Assembly (NCBI GenBank): GCA_964371445.1
Contig: CAYJLK010000006.1
Coordinates: 1-44,579 of the forward strand
Length of the DNA stretch: 44,579 bases
Source of the DNA: an uncultured Candidatus Saccharibacteria bacterium
GTDB taxonomy: Bacteria; Patescibacteriota; Minisyncoccia; Phycocordibacterales; Phycocordibacteraceae
Reading direction: 5' to 3'
The notes under the pieces were generated by a model. The model was not told the origin of the DNA. It worked only from the letters and a program-made list of their open reading frames with translations, and searched no databases. Positions 24,416 to 33,201 of the stretch are shown in pieces (within the stretch, counting starts at the first letter, position 1; the number at the start of each line of letters is the position of its first letter). The translations under genes were made by a program, and so were the position numbers.

Positions 24416-25609
24416 CTATTCTACACGGTCTCTCGCTTCCTGCTCGATAGCGAGGAGACGCTCATATTTCTCGAGGCGCTCCTTTTGCCCAAGGCCGCCG
24501 GCCTTGATGCCGTGGGCGCCGATACCATAGGCGAAGTCGCTGATGAAGGTATCGTCCGTTTCTCCCGAGCGGTGCGAGGCGACAGTCTCCCAGCCCTCCG
24601 CGTAGGTCGCCTGCACCGCCTCAATCGCTTCGCGCACGGTGCCGATCTGATTCGGCTTGATGAGGACGGCGTTTATTTCTCTGTGAGCCGCCGCTTCTTT
24701 AATGCGCGAGGGGTTCGTGACGGTGAGGTCGTCGCCGACGATGAGCACTTTCTCCCCGAGCTTTGCCGTGAGCTGAGTGAAATCGCTTTCCGCTTCTTCG
24801 TCAAATGGGTCCTCAATGGAGTGTATCGGATACTTCGCGGCGATACTCTCATATATGGTAGTGAGTTCGGCGGCGGTATAGGACTTGCCGAGTAATGTGT
24901 AGTTGCCGTCTTTGAAGAATTCGCTCGCGGCGGCGTCAATGGCGATAGATGTGCCGGGGAATTCCCGTACGAGCTCAGCAAGAATCTCAAACGGCTCCTC
25001 AAGCGTATCAAAGGTTGGTGCATAGCCGCCCTCGTCGCCCATCGGCACGTTCCCGAGTCGTCGCCCTAGCTTCGCGAATGCCTCGCGCGCGACAGGAAGC
25101 GCGGTACTCATCGCGCCCTCGACGACGAGAATGTATTCCTGGAAGGGGAGCGCAAAGTTAGCATGAACGCCACCGTTCATGACGTTTACATAGAGCCGTG
25201 GTGCGGAGGGCGTCGTCTTGGCGCGTGTCGCGATAGCTCTCCAGAGCGGCACGCTCGCCGCTTCAGCGAAAAGCCGAGTCGCGGCGATAGAAACCGAGAG
25301 GATCGCATTTGCGCCGAGGCGCGACTTGTTCGGCGTGCCGTCGAGCGTTATGAGGAGAGCGTCAATCTCGTCTGCAGTGGCGAAGTCCCGCCCGCTAAGC
25401 GCCTCGGCGATTACGCCGTTTACGTGCGCAATCGCCTGCGCGACTCCGCCGTCTGGGTCGCGCAGTTCGAGCGCCTCATGCTTCCCGGTGCTTTTGCCCG
25501 ACGGGACCGATGCAGTCGTGATATGCGCGCCGGACGAGAGCGTCGTTTCTACCGTTGCTTTCCCTCGCGTGTCGGAGATGGCTCTCGCTTCGATGCGGTC
25601 GATCCTCAT
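24416..25609 (-). CDS. eno: Enolase (phosphopyruvate hydratase)
   Basis: IEARAISDTRGKATVETTL, SGKSTGKHEALELRD, and SHRSGETDDTFISDFAYG followed by IKAGGLGQKERLEKYERLL. I prefer the start at M15 (25609, MRIDRIEA...), which abuts the ppsA stop, over the track start at 25651. Confidence 0.95.
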   Translation of the reverse strand: MRIDRIEARAISDTRGKATVETTLSSGAHITTASVPSGKSTGKHEALELRDPDGGVAQAIAHVNGVIAEALSGRDFATADEIDALLITLDGTPNKSRLGANAILSVSIAATRLFAEAASVPLWRAIATRAKTTPSAPRLYVNVMNGGVHANFALPFQEYILVVEGAMSTALPVAREAFAKLGRRLGNVPMGDEGGYAPTFDTLEEPFEILAELVREFPGTSIAIDAAASEFFKDGNYTLLGKSYTAAELTTIYESIAAKYPIHSIEDPFDEEAESDFTQLTAKLGEKVLIVGDDLTVTNPSRIKEAAAHREINAVLIKPNQIGTVREAIEAVQATYAEGWETVASHRSGETDDTFISDFAYGIGAHGIKAGGLGQKERLEKYERLLAIEQEARDRVE

Positions 25610-25610
25610 A

Positions 25611-28031
25611 CTATGATGAAAGTTTTTCCTCGAGCTCGGCGATCGCTTCAATCGTCTTGACCACCGAGTCAGGGTTGAGCGACATGCTTTCGATACCTTC
25701 TTTCACGAGGAACTCGGCGAAGTCGGGCAAGTCGGACGGTCCCTGGCCGCAGATGCCGAGATATTTCCCGCGCCGCGAGCAGGTACGGATTATTTTTGCT
25801 ATGAGTGCGCGCACTGCCTCGTCATTCTCATTTCCAATGTGCGTTACGATGCCGGAATCGCGGTCGAGACCCAGGGTAAGCTGGGTGAGGTCGTTACTTC
25901 CGATGGACATGCCGTCAAAGAGGTCCAGGAACTCCTCGTCCAGGATGATGTTTGACGGTATCTCGCACATCATATAGATGGGGGTCGCCTTCTTCTTGTT
26001 CTTTGCGAGCAGACGCGACGCGAGTCCGTTTGCCGCCATGATGCGGAGCACCTCCTCGGCCTCCTTTGTCGTGCGACAGAAGGGAATCATCGGGATGACG
26101 TTCGTCAGCCCCATCTCTTCGCGCACCTTCACGAGCGCGCGGCACTCAAGTTCAAAGGCCTTTTTAAATTTCGGGTCATAGTAGCGGGAGGCGCCGCGCC
26201 AGCCGAGCATCGGATTCTCCTCTTCCGGTTCGTATGCCTCACCGCCAAGGAGCGTAGCGTACTCGTTTGTCTTGAAGTCGGAGAAGCGCACGATGACCGG
26301 TCGTGGGTTGAACGCCGCGCCTATCTTTGCGATGCCGTACGCGAGGTTGTCTACATAGAATTCCACCGGGTCGCTCCATCCGGCCATCTTTTTCTGTATC
26401 GCGGCGCGCAGTTTTGGCGCGAGCTTCTTCATATTGAGGATGGCGAGCGGGTGAACGCCGATGTGGGAGGCGATGATAAACTCTTCGCGCGCGAGCCCGA
26501 CGCCTTTCACCGGCAGAAACGAATTTTCAAAGGCGATGTCCGGCGAAGCGATGTTCACCATAATGTGTGTCTTCGTGTCGGGGAGGATGCCGAGTTTGTG
26601 TTCGCGCACCGTTATCTTTGCTTTTCCCGCGCTTACGACACCGTCACTGCCGGTCGTGTCCACCGTGACGAGCATGCCGTTTGTAAGCGCGCGTGTCGCG
26701 TTCCCTGAGCCGACGATGGCGGGGAGACCGAGCTCGCGACTGACGATGGCCGCGTGACTCGTGCGCCCGCCTTTATCGGTGACAATAGCCGACGCCATTT
26801 TCATAATCGGCTCCCAGTCCGGGTCGGTCATCGTCGTGACGAGGACCTCGCCCTTCTTGAACTGCCGTATCTGCTTGGGGTTTAGGATGATGTGCACATT
26901 TCCGGTCGCCACCTTGGAGCCAACCGAGATGCCGCGCACGAGCTCCTTGCCTTGACCGGAGACTTTATACTCGGTGAGCGTGGAGAAGTCGCGTCCCGCC
27001 TGCACGGTCTCGGGTCGCGCCTGTACGAGGAAGAGCTCGTTCGTGATGCCGTCTTTCGCCCATTCCATATCCATCGGTGTCCACTTCTTCGCGCGTTTTG
27101 AGTAATGTTCCTCTACGATGGCGCCCCAGGTTGCCATCGTGACGATTTCCTTGTCGGTGAGCACGAATCGCGTCGCGTCGCGTGCGGGCGTCGCGACAAT
27201 CTTGGTCTGGATGATGCCGGCTTTGCCGGTATCGTAAATCATTTTTTTTGAATTCGTGCCGATTTTCTTCCAGATGACGGGTGACTTCACCTTTCCGATT
27301 TTTGATTTCACCACGAGGTATTCGTCCGGCGTCACGTGTCCCTGCACAATCATTTCTCCGAGGCCGTAGGTCGCGTTTACGACAACGACGTCGCGGAAAC
27401 CACTTTCAGTATCCACGGTGAACATGACGCCCGAGGCGCCCTTGTCCGAACGGACCATCTTCTGCACGCCCACAGAAAGCGCGATCTTCATATGATCAAA
27501 GCCGCGGTCGGCGCGGTAGGAGATGGCGCGGTCGGTGAACAGCGACGCCATCGTCCAGACGGCCGCGCGGACGACATCCGGTGCGCCGCGGATGTTGAGG
27601 TAGGTCTCCTGCTCGCCGGCGAACGAGGCGCCCGGCAGGTCTTCGGCAGTGGCGCTTGAGCGCACGGCGACATCGGTGTCCTTACCATACTGTTTCTCCA
27701 TGCGTGCATAGGCCTGTGCAATGGCTTTCTCAAGGTCTTGGGGGAGTGCCGCCCCGCGCATCTTCTCGCGTATGAGCTTTCCGGCATGCGCGAGCGCTTT
27801 CAGGTTTCTCGTATTAAGTCCCCGGAGCGTCTTCTCTATGAAAAGGTCGAGCCCCGTTTCCTTCAGGTAGTGGTAGTAGGCCGCGGCGGTGACGGCGAAG
27901 CCGTGCGGGATACGCACTCCCCTTGGCTCGAGCGCGCTGATAAGTTCGCCGAGCGAGGCGTTCTTTCCACCGACCTGCGCGACATCGTCCATCGTGACGT
28001 CTTCAAACCAGAGGATAAAAGGAGCTTTCAT
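25611..28031 (-). CDS. ppsA: Phosphoenolpyruvate synthase (pyruvate, water dikinase)
   Basis: 806 aa. The ATP-grasp N-terminus is VGGKNASLGE, the phosphohistidine swivel is GGRTSHAAIVSRELGLPAIVG, and the PEP-utilising C-terminus is SIGSNDLTQLTLGLDRD. Confidence 0.95.
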   Translation of the reverse strand: MKAPFILWFEDVTMDDVAQVGGKNASLGELISALEPRGVRIPHGFAVTAAAYYHYLKETGLDLFIEKTLRGLNTRNLKALAHAGKLIREKMRGAALPQDLEKAIAQAYARMEKQYGKDTDVAVRSSATAEDLPGASFAGEQETYLNIRGAPDVVRAAVWTMASLFTDRAISYRADRGFDHMKIALSVGVQKMVRSDKGASGVMFTVDTESGFRDVVVVNATYGLGEMIVQGHVTPDEYLVVKSKIGKVKSPVIWKKIGTNSKKMIYDTGKAGIIQTKIVATPARDATRFVLTDKEIVTMATWGAIVEEHYSKRAKKWTPMDMEWAKDGITNELFLVQARPETVQAGRDFSTLTEYKVSGQGKELVRGISVGSKVATGNVHIILNPKQIRQFKKGEVLVTTMTDPDWEPIMKMASAIVTDKGGRTSHAAIVSRELGLPAIVGSGNATRALTNGMLVTVDTTGSDGVVSAGKAKITVREHKLGILPDTKTHIMVNIASPDIAFENSFLPVKGVGLAREEFIIASHIGVHPLAILNMKKLAPKLRAAIQKKMAGWSDPVEFYVDNLAYGIAKIGAAFNPRPVIVRFSDFKTNEYATLLGGEAYEPEEENPMLGWRGASRYYDPKFKKAFELECRALVKVREEMGLTNVIPMIPFCRTTKEAEEVLRIMAANGLASRLLAKNKKKATPIYMMCEIPSNIILDEEFLDLFDGMSIGSNDLTQLTLGLDRDSGIVTHIGNENDEAVRALIAKIIRTCSRRGKYLGICGQGPSDLPDFAEFLVKEGIESMSLNPDSVVKTIEAIAELEEKLSS

Positions 28032-28036
28032 ACGGT

Positions 28037-29326
28037 TTATTTTTTAAGCGCAATGATAAGGTCGGATACGTTTGATCCAGTATACCCGGTGAGGAGCGCA
28101 TCGCCGGTCGCCCGGAAGAAATCATACGTGCGATGCTCACGGAGATATTCTTCGGGAGAGAGGTTCCCCTCGTGCGCATGCGCGCGTGTCGTCGCGTCGC
28201 CGATGGCTCCCGCGTATTCGGTATTGTCGCGCCCGTCGGAGGCGAACGGGAGGAGTAACTCACCCGGGTTGAGGTATTGAAGCGCGGCGAGCGCCATCTC
28301 CTGATTGCGACCGCCTCGTCCGTGCGCGTCGATACCGGTGACGGTGCTCTCGCCGGCGTAGAGGAGCGCGGTCTTTGCCGGCGTGTGATGGAGCTTCTCT
28401 GCGATCTCTGTGCCGAGCGCGCTCGCCTCGCCGGAAAATCGATCGTTGACGATCTGAGGCGTGTATCCGCGCTTCGCCGCTTCTTTTTGCATCGCGGCGA
28501 GAGCATCTTGATTGGTGAGGAGGAGCAGAGCAGTCACTCGGTCGAAATACTTCTGTTCCTTCGGCGTCTCCCTGAGTTCCAGAGCGGTCGAGGATGCGAG
28601 GCCGTAGCGCGCGAGAACCGCGCGCGCGTCGGCAACGGTCGACGTGTCGAGGATTGTCGGGCCTGAGGCTACGACGGTGATGTCGTTTCCCGGCACATCA
28701 GAGACGATAAGCGAGAGGACTTCGGCGGGGTATGCAGCAACGGCCAATCCGCCGCCGCGCGCGCGGGACATATGCTTTCGGACGGTATTCATATCTTGTA
28801 TGGTCGCTCCCCGCTTCGTAAGTTCGTTCCAGAGCAGGCTTTCGTCCGTACACGTCATCGGCGCTTCGTGAGAACAGAGGAGCGTGGAGCCGCCGCCCGA
28901 GATGAGCATGATCACGAGATCGTGCTCGGTGCAGTCGGCGAGGAGGGTCATGATGCGCGCGGTCGCGGCCTCGTTCGCCTCGCTCGGCAGGGGATGCGTG
29001 CCGACATATGCCTCGATCTTGGTGAGAGACTGTCCGGCCGAGGATACGTCAAGGGCGATGCCTCCCGTGAGCCGGTCGCCAAAGAGCTTTTCTATCGCTT
29101 CGGCCGCGGTGAACGCGCATTTGCCGATGCCGATGAAGAACACTCTCCGTTTAGACAGGGGAGAGGTTTTCTCATTCACGCGGAGAGTGTCTCCCTCGAT
29201 GCGGAGGGTGCGTGTGAGCGCGTCACCGACGTCGAGCGCCGCATATCCCGCTTCAACTATCGAGAGAGCATCAAGGCGCAGTTCGCTTGTCGCAAGCGCC
29301 TCGAAATTCTGTATACGGCGAGCCAT
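28037..29326 (-). CDS. Glycerate 2-kinase (DUF4147 + MOFRL family)
   Basis: 429 aa. Contains FIGIGKCAFTAAEA, LISGGGSTLL and C-terminal MOFRL-like ...LLYAGESTVTG...GRGGRNQEMALAA...LLPFASDGRDNT. Confidence 0.85.
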   Translation of the reverse strand: MARRIQNFEALATSELRLDALSIVEAGYAALDVGDALTRTLRIEGDTLRVNEKTSPLSKRRVFFIGIGKCAFTAAEAIEKLFGDRLTGGIALDVSSAGQSLTKIEAYVGTHPLPSEANEAATARIMTLLADCTEHDLVIMLISGGGSTLLCSHEAPMTCTDESLLWNELTKRGATIQDMNTVRKHMSRARGGGLAVAAYPAEVLSLIVSDVPGNDITVVASGPTILDTSTVADARAVLARYGLASSTALELRETPKEQKYFDRVTALLLLTNQDALAAMQKEAAKRGYTPQIVNDRFSGEASALGTEIAEKLHHTPAKTALLYAGESTVTGIDAHGRGGRNQEMALAALQYLNPGELLLPFASDGRDNTEYAGAIGDATTRAHAHEGNLSPEEYLREHRTYDFFRATGDALLTGYTGSNVSDLIIALKK

Positions 29327-29491
29327 TCTCTTCAGAATACTCTAGTTATGGGGTACTCCCTAGACGATTTTCTGGTAGAAGGTGGATTGTACCTGTTACA
29401 CACAGGACGTACATTGACTTCTTTGACGTTAGTCGGTATATTCACAAGATATTTATTAGACTCTAGTTCGTCGAGAGACGTTGAGACAGAA

Positions 29492-30907
29492 ATGGAAAAG
29501 CACTCATTTAATGGAAAAATCCTCATCATAGGATGCGGGAGTATTGGGCAGGGCGTGATACCGCTTCTGTTGAAGCATTTTACTATCACACCGGATCGCA
29601 TGGCGATAGTGACTGCGGACAATCGTGGCGAGAATGTCGCCAAGGAATACGGAATACCGTTCGTCATCGATCCTCTGCTTGAGCACAACTATCAGGACAT
29701 TGTGAAGCAGTATGTCGGCCCGGGTGATTACATCGTGAACGTTTCCGTTGATGTCTCATCGGCGGCGCTCATCGAATATTGCCTCCGCAACAAAATATTC
29801 TACATCGACACTGTCGTTGAACCATGGCTCGGTTATTACACTGATCCATCTCTTTCGGTTTCGGATCGCTCGAACTATGCGCTCCGCGAGCAGGCTTTGG
29901 CACTTCGCACGCTCGATCTCGGTGGTCCGCACACCACGGCCATTATCGCGCACGGCGCGAATCCCGGTCTCGTTTCTCATTTCGTGAAGGAAGCCATTCT
30001 TAATGTCGCACGGGACACCGGTCGCACGACGGAGGTGCCGAAGACGCGCGAGGCTTGGGCGCGCCTCGCGAAGGAGCTTGGCATCAAGGTCATTCATATT
30101 GCTGAACGTGATACACAGGTCTCTCCTATACCCAAGAAAATCGGCGAATTCGTGAATACCTGGTCCATCGACGGCTTCCACTCTGAGAGCTGTCAGCCAT
30201 CCGAAATGGGGTGGGGGACACACGAGAAGACCGTTCCGGCTGACGGGCGCGAACATGACTTCGGCTCCAAGTGCGCCATCTATCTCGAGAAGCCGAGCTT
30301 CATGGTGAAGACGCGGAGCTGGACGCCGACCGCGAAGGCGCAGCACGGCTGGGTCGTGACGCATCATGAGTCCATCTCTATCGCCGATTATTTCACGCTC
30401 TTTGAAGACGGGAAGGCTGTGTATCGGCCGACAGTGCACTATGCTTATCACCCGTGCGACGGTGCGGTGCTCTCCCTCGACGAACTTGCAGCCAATAACG
30501 GCGAACTGCAGAAGGAACAGCGTCTCATCAATAGCGAGGTGCTACCGGGCGGCGTCGACGAGCTCGGTGTCCTCCTTATGGGTCACGCGAAAAACGCGTA
30601 CTGGTATGGCTCGCGCCTCTCGATCGACGAAGCACGCAAAATCGCGCCGCACAACAACGCGACCAGCCTCCAGGTAACCTCGAGCATTGTCGGGGCGATG
30701 GCGTGGGCGCTCCAGAATCCGACCAAGGGCATCGTGGATGCCGACGAGATTGATCATGAGGTTCTCATGAATGTCGCGCGCCCGTATCTCGGCGAGATGA
30801 TCGGCGAGTACACCGATTGGACACCGGTCCAAGGTCGCGGGAAGCTTTTCCCCGAGACGTTTGACGCCGAGGATCCGTGGCAGTTCGAGAACTTCAGGGT
30901 GTCCTAA
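29492..30907 (+). CDS. hss: Homospermidine synthase (saccharopine-dehydrogenase-like fold)
   Basis: ATG at 29492. MEKHSFNGKILIIGCGSIGQGVIPLLLKHF is the characteristic N-terminus. Length is 471 aa. The upstream 240 codons of the 711-aa track ORF are antisense to the glycerate kinase gene. Confidence 0.85.
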   Translation: MEKHSFNGKILIIGCGSIGQGVIPLLLKHFTITPDRMAIVTADNRGENVAKEYGIPFVIDPLLEHNYQDIVKQYVGPGDYIVNVSVDVSSAALIEYCLRNKIFYIDTVVEPWLGYYTDPSLSVSDRSNYALREQALALRTLDLGGPHTTAIIAHGANPGLVSHFVKEAILNVARDTGRTTEVPKTREAWARLAKELGIKVIHIAERDTQVSPIPKKIGEFVNTWSIDGFHSESCQPSEMGWGTHEKTVPADGREHDFGSKCAIYLEKPSFMVKTRSWTPTAKAQHGWVVTHHESISIADYFTLFEDGKAVYRPTVHYAYHPCDGAVLSLDELAANNGELQKEQRLINSEVLPGGVDELGVLLMGHAKNAYWYGSRLSIDEARKIAPHNNATSLQVTSSIVGAMAWALQNPTKGIVDADEIDHEVLMNVARPYLGEMIGEYTDWTPVQGRGKLFPETFDAEDPWQFENFRVS

Positions 30908-31433
30908 GGCTTCGCGGGCAGAGTTTCTTGCAGTACGGCTGCGCATAGCGGTCGAGACCCCAATGCCCGGCGACGCGGTGGGCGAGCATGATGCCAAGCG
31001 CGAGCATGATGAGCGTCGGGTTGACGCTCACGGTGCCGGCAAGGAGGAAGTTGAACGCCATGAAGAAGGCGAAGAAGGCGGCAGTCCTCGTGCAGAGACC
31101 GACGATGAGCCCGAGTCCTATCAGTATCTCTCCGACGACGACGGCGTTTGACCAGACCATGACGTTCGGGAGTACGGCGCTCTGGAGGAACGAGGCGTAC
31201 CACTGGTAGACGTCTGGGTGAGCGCCGACCGTTTTGCTGAGCGCTCCTTGGACGAAGCCTTGGAGCGCGGCGCCTGCTTCGCTACCGAACCACGCTGGAC
31301 TCGCGACCTTCGCCCACCCGGCGATGAGGAACTCGTAGCCAAGGTAGAGGCGGACGAGGAACCAGAGCGGAGCGCTTTTCTTGCTGGTGAAGAGAGAATG
31401 AGCGAGAGCGGATTGTTCAATGGTGTATTTCAT
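30894..31433 (-). CDS. DoxX-family membrane protein
   Basis: 179 aa with four TM helices. The N-terminal LWFLVRLYLGYEFLIAGWAKV is typical of DoxX. Confidence 0.75.
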   Translation of the reverse strand: MKYTIEQSALAHSLFTSKKSAPLWFLVRLYLGYEFLIAGWAKVASPAWFGSEAGAALQGFVQGALSKTVGAHPDVYQWYASFLQSAVLPNVMVWSNAVVVGEILIGLGLIVGLCTRTAAFFAFFMAFNFLLAGTVSVNPTLIMLALGIMLAHRVAGHWGLDRYAQPYCKKLCPRSLRTP

Positions 31434-31501
31434 ACTAGATAGTCTAGAGGAAGAAACGCGAAAAGGAAGTGCCCCTTGGGGAGTACTATTGGAGCATAAG
31501 A

Positions 31502-31537
31502 GGCTTCGAGGGCTACACCATCGATGCGAAGGGTACC
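31502..31537 (+). repeat. 36-nt direct repeat, copy A (NUMOD4-like coding fragment GFEGYTIDAKGT)
   Basis: GGCTTCGAGGGCTACACCATCGATGCGAAGGGTACC matches 32376-32411 in 35 of 36 positions. Confidence 0.8.
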
Positions 31538-31720
31538 GCCACCATGCGCGGGCTTTGGCGCGTATGCAAACCAGTGAGAGCCTAAAGCTCTCACTGGCCC
31601 GGAGATTTCATGGTATAGTGCTATCCATGCAGACGAAAATGCGCACCAATAGCCATCACGTCCCGGCTTTCAGTTCGAAAGCTGGTCTTCGCTATTCTTA
31701 ATTCTGGAACAAGGATACCG

Positions 31721-31756
31721 AAAACGAGCTTTCGAGAGGAAGCTCGTTTTTATTTG
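31721..31756 (+). terminator. Rho-independent terminator
   Basis: AAAACGAGCTT / AAGCTCGTTTT stem with an 8-nt loop, followed by a TTTTTATTT tract. It ends 7 nt before the LOG-like start codon. Confidence 0.55.
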
Positions 31757-31762
31757 TAGCAA

Positions 31763-32302
31763 ATGCATATGAAGACCAGGAAATTACAGATCGGAATCAT
31801 GGGCTCGGCACAGGACCTTAATTACGGGGATGCCTTGCGTGACCTTGCTTGTGAGCTCGGAAGGGAAGTCGCTCGGAGCGGAAATATCGTCGTGTACGGC
31901 GCTGAGAAAGACTATGATTCACTCTCGACGCAAGCAGCCCGCGGAGCCAAAGAAGCGGGAGGTACGACCGTCGGGGTTACATATGGTAAAAGCAAGGATA
32001 TTTGGGAAAAGGAAGGGTACACTGATATTCTCATCGTGACCGGACTGGAGCGCGGGGGCGGTCGTGAATTCGTGCTCGTGAATTCGTGTGATGCAATCAT
32101 CGCAATATCGGGAGGGTCGGGAACGCTTACCGAGATGGCCATTGCTTACCAAGCGAATATTCCTATCGTCGTCATGTCGAACACCGGAGGATGGGCGGAA
32201 AAACTTGGCGGGACCTATATCGATGCGCGGAATAGGTTAAAGGTAGAGGTCGCTACAACTCCGGAAGAGGCCGTTGCCAAGGTTCTAAAACTTATTCAGT
32301 AG
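31763..32302 (+). CDS. LOG / TIGR00725-family (SLOG Rossmann) protein
   Basis: 179 aa. Contains IGIMGSA, VVYGA and AIIAISGGSGTLTEMAIAY motifs. Confidence 0.8.
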   Translation: MHMKTRKLQIGIMGSAQDLNYGDALRDLACELGREVARSGNIVVYGAEKDYDSLSTQAARGAKEAGGTTVGVTYGKSKDIWEKEGYTDILIVTGLERGGGREFVLVNSCDAIIAISGGSGTLTEMAIAYQANIPIVVMSNTGGWAEKLGGTYIDARNRLKVEVATTPEEAVAKVLKLIQ

Positions 32303-32375
32303 AGTCGGGTTACTTTTCGCCCTCACGGACTTCGCGATGGGGAAGGACGGTACCGTCTTTATTGAGAATCTTCCG

Positions 32376-32411
32376 GGCTTCGAGGGCTACGCCATCGATG
32401 CGAAGGGTACC
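32376..32411 (+). repeat. 36-nt direct repeat, copy B (NUMOD4-like fragment, within a 31-codon ORF MGKDGTVFIENLPGFEGYAIDAKGTFCRANG)
   Basis: GGCTTCGAGGGCTACGCCATCGATGCGAAGGGTACC. See copy A. Confidence 0.8.
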
Positions 32412-32435
32412 TTTTGTCGAGCTAACGGATGATTA

Positions 32436-33050
32436 TTACTTTGGTTGCTGCGCACAAAGCTCCCGTATCGCTTCAATCGGATTACCGCTCTGCAGTTTCG
32501 CTGCGTCTAAGAGTTCCCAAGCACGTTTGAGACCGGGTAGCTCTCGCTCTTTGGCGAGAACGCGGTCAGTCTTTTCTTTTCCCCACAAGTAAAGCAGACC
32601 GGCTTCGGTGAATTTATTTATGATGAGGTGGTCCCGGGTGGCGAAGTCTTCGGTGCTAAATGCTTTCTGCACCGCGTCCCAAATCTTATCCGCGAGCGCG
32701 TCATTCTCCGGGAATAGGAAAAAGACATGGCAATACTCGTGGATGAGCGTAGCAAGCACGTCCTGATAGTCCGACTTTATGTGCACTGTGAGCGGGTCGG
32801 AGAATGGAGTAAACGTTCCTCTCGGGTGTACCACATACGCCGGAGTTTGATTCGGGAATTTAAATCCTAGCGAGGCATAGTACTCAAGCACTGCGGCCGC
32901 CTGTTCCCACTCTTTCTCGAGTTCCGCGCAGAAGGTGTACCCTTCGGTTATCTCTGCATCGGTCAGCATGACACCAGACGCAAGCGACAAGCTTGCATCA
33001 TATACGGGGACATATTTGAGCAGTATCTTTTGGGCGGATTTGGTTGCCAT
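32436..33050 (-). CDS. HExxH-motif protein (putative zinc metallopeptidase; candidate leader peptidase or immunity factor)
   Basis: 204-aa ORF with LIHEYCHVFF. It is the last gene of the YcaO arm and starts 11 nt past the hairpin tail. Confidence 0.65.
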   Translation of the reverse strand: MATKSAQKILLKYVPVYDASLSLASGVMLTDAEITEGYTFCAELEKEWEQAAAVLEYYASLGFKFPNQTPAYVVHPRGTFTPFSDPLTVHIKSDYQDVLATLIHEYCHVFFLFPENDALADKIWDAVQKAFSTEDFATRDHLIINKFTEAGLLYLWGKEKTDRVLAKERELPGLKRAWELLDAAKLQSGNPIEAIRELCAQQPK

Positions 33051-33060
33051 ATTGCGTTTA

Positions 33061-33105
33061 AGTATAAAAGAAAGGGGGCATCCTGTCGAAAGACAAGGAT
33101 GCCCC
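33061..33105 (-). terminator. Strong hairpin plus U-tract immediately after the micro-ORF (terminator/attenuator)
   Basis: On the minus strand: GGGGCATCCTTGTC-TTTC-GACAGGATGCCCC (one bulge) followed by CTTTCTTTTATACT. It begins 7 nt after the micro-ORF stop. Confidence 0.65.
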
Positions 33106-33111
33106 GCGCCG

Positions 33112-33201
33112 TTACCTCGAGCAACGGTTGCAGCTGGATTGGCAACGAGCTGCCGAAGCCACTTTCACCTTTGCGCGATACGGCTTTCTCTTGATGCGCA
33201 C
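33112..33201 (-). CDS. Candidate RiPP precursor peptide, 29 aa: MRIKRKPYRAKVKVASAARCQSSCNRCSR
   Basis: Not in the ORF track (too short). On the minus strand, the YcaO stop TAA is followed by CGCAGAAAGGAGGTGATCTAA and then GTG. This puts a consensus AAAGGAGGTGA Shine-Dalgarno with its GGAGG core 8 nt before the GTG at 33201. The C-terminal 10 residues hold 3 Cys and 3 Ser (4 Ser in the whole peptide). A hairpin follows. Confidence 0.55.
   Translation of the reverse strand: MRIKRKPYRAKVKVASAARCQSSCNRCSR

Noticed and set aside
25610-25651. Upstream extension of enolase (MKRSPSSRKNFHHS...).
   Set aside because: It would overlap the ppsA 3' end by 41 nt. The conserved enolase N-terminus starts at MRIDRIEARAISD (25609).
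28772-29491. N-terminal 240 codons of the 711-aa plus-strand ORF (28772-30907).
   Set aside because: This part lies antisense to the well-supported glycerate 2-kinase gene in a very GC-rich stretch and has Arg/Gly/Ala-rich shadow-ORF composition. The recognisable homospermidine synthase sequence begins at the ATG at 29492.
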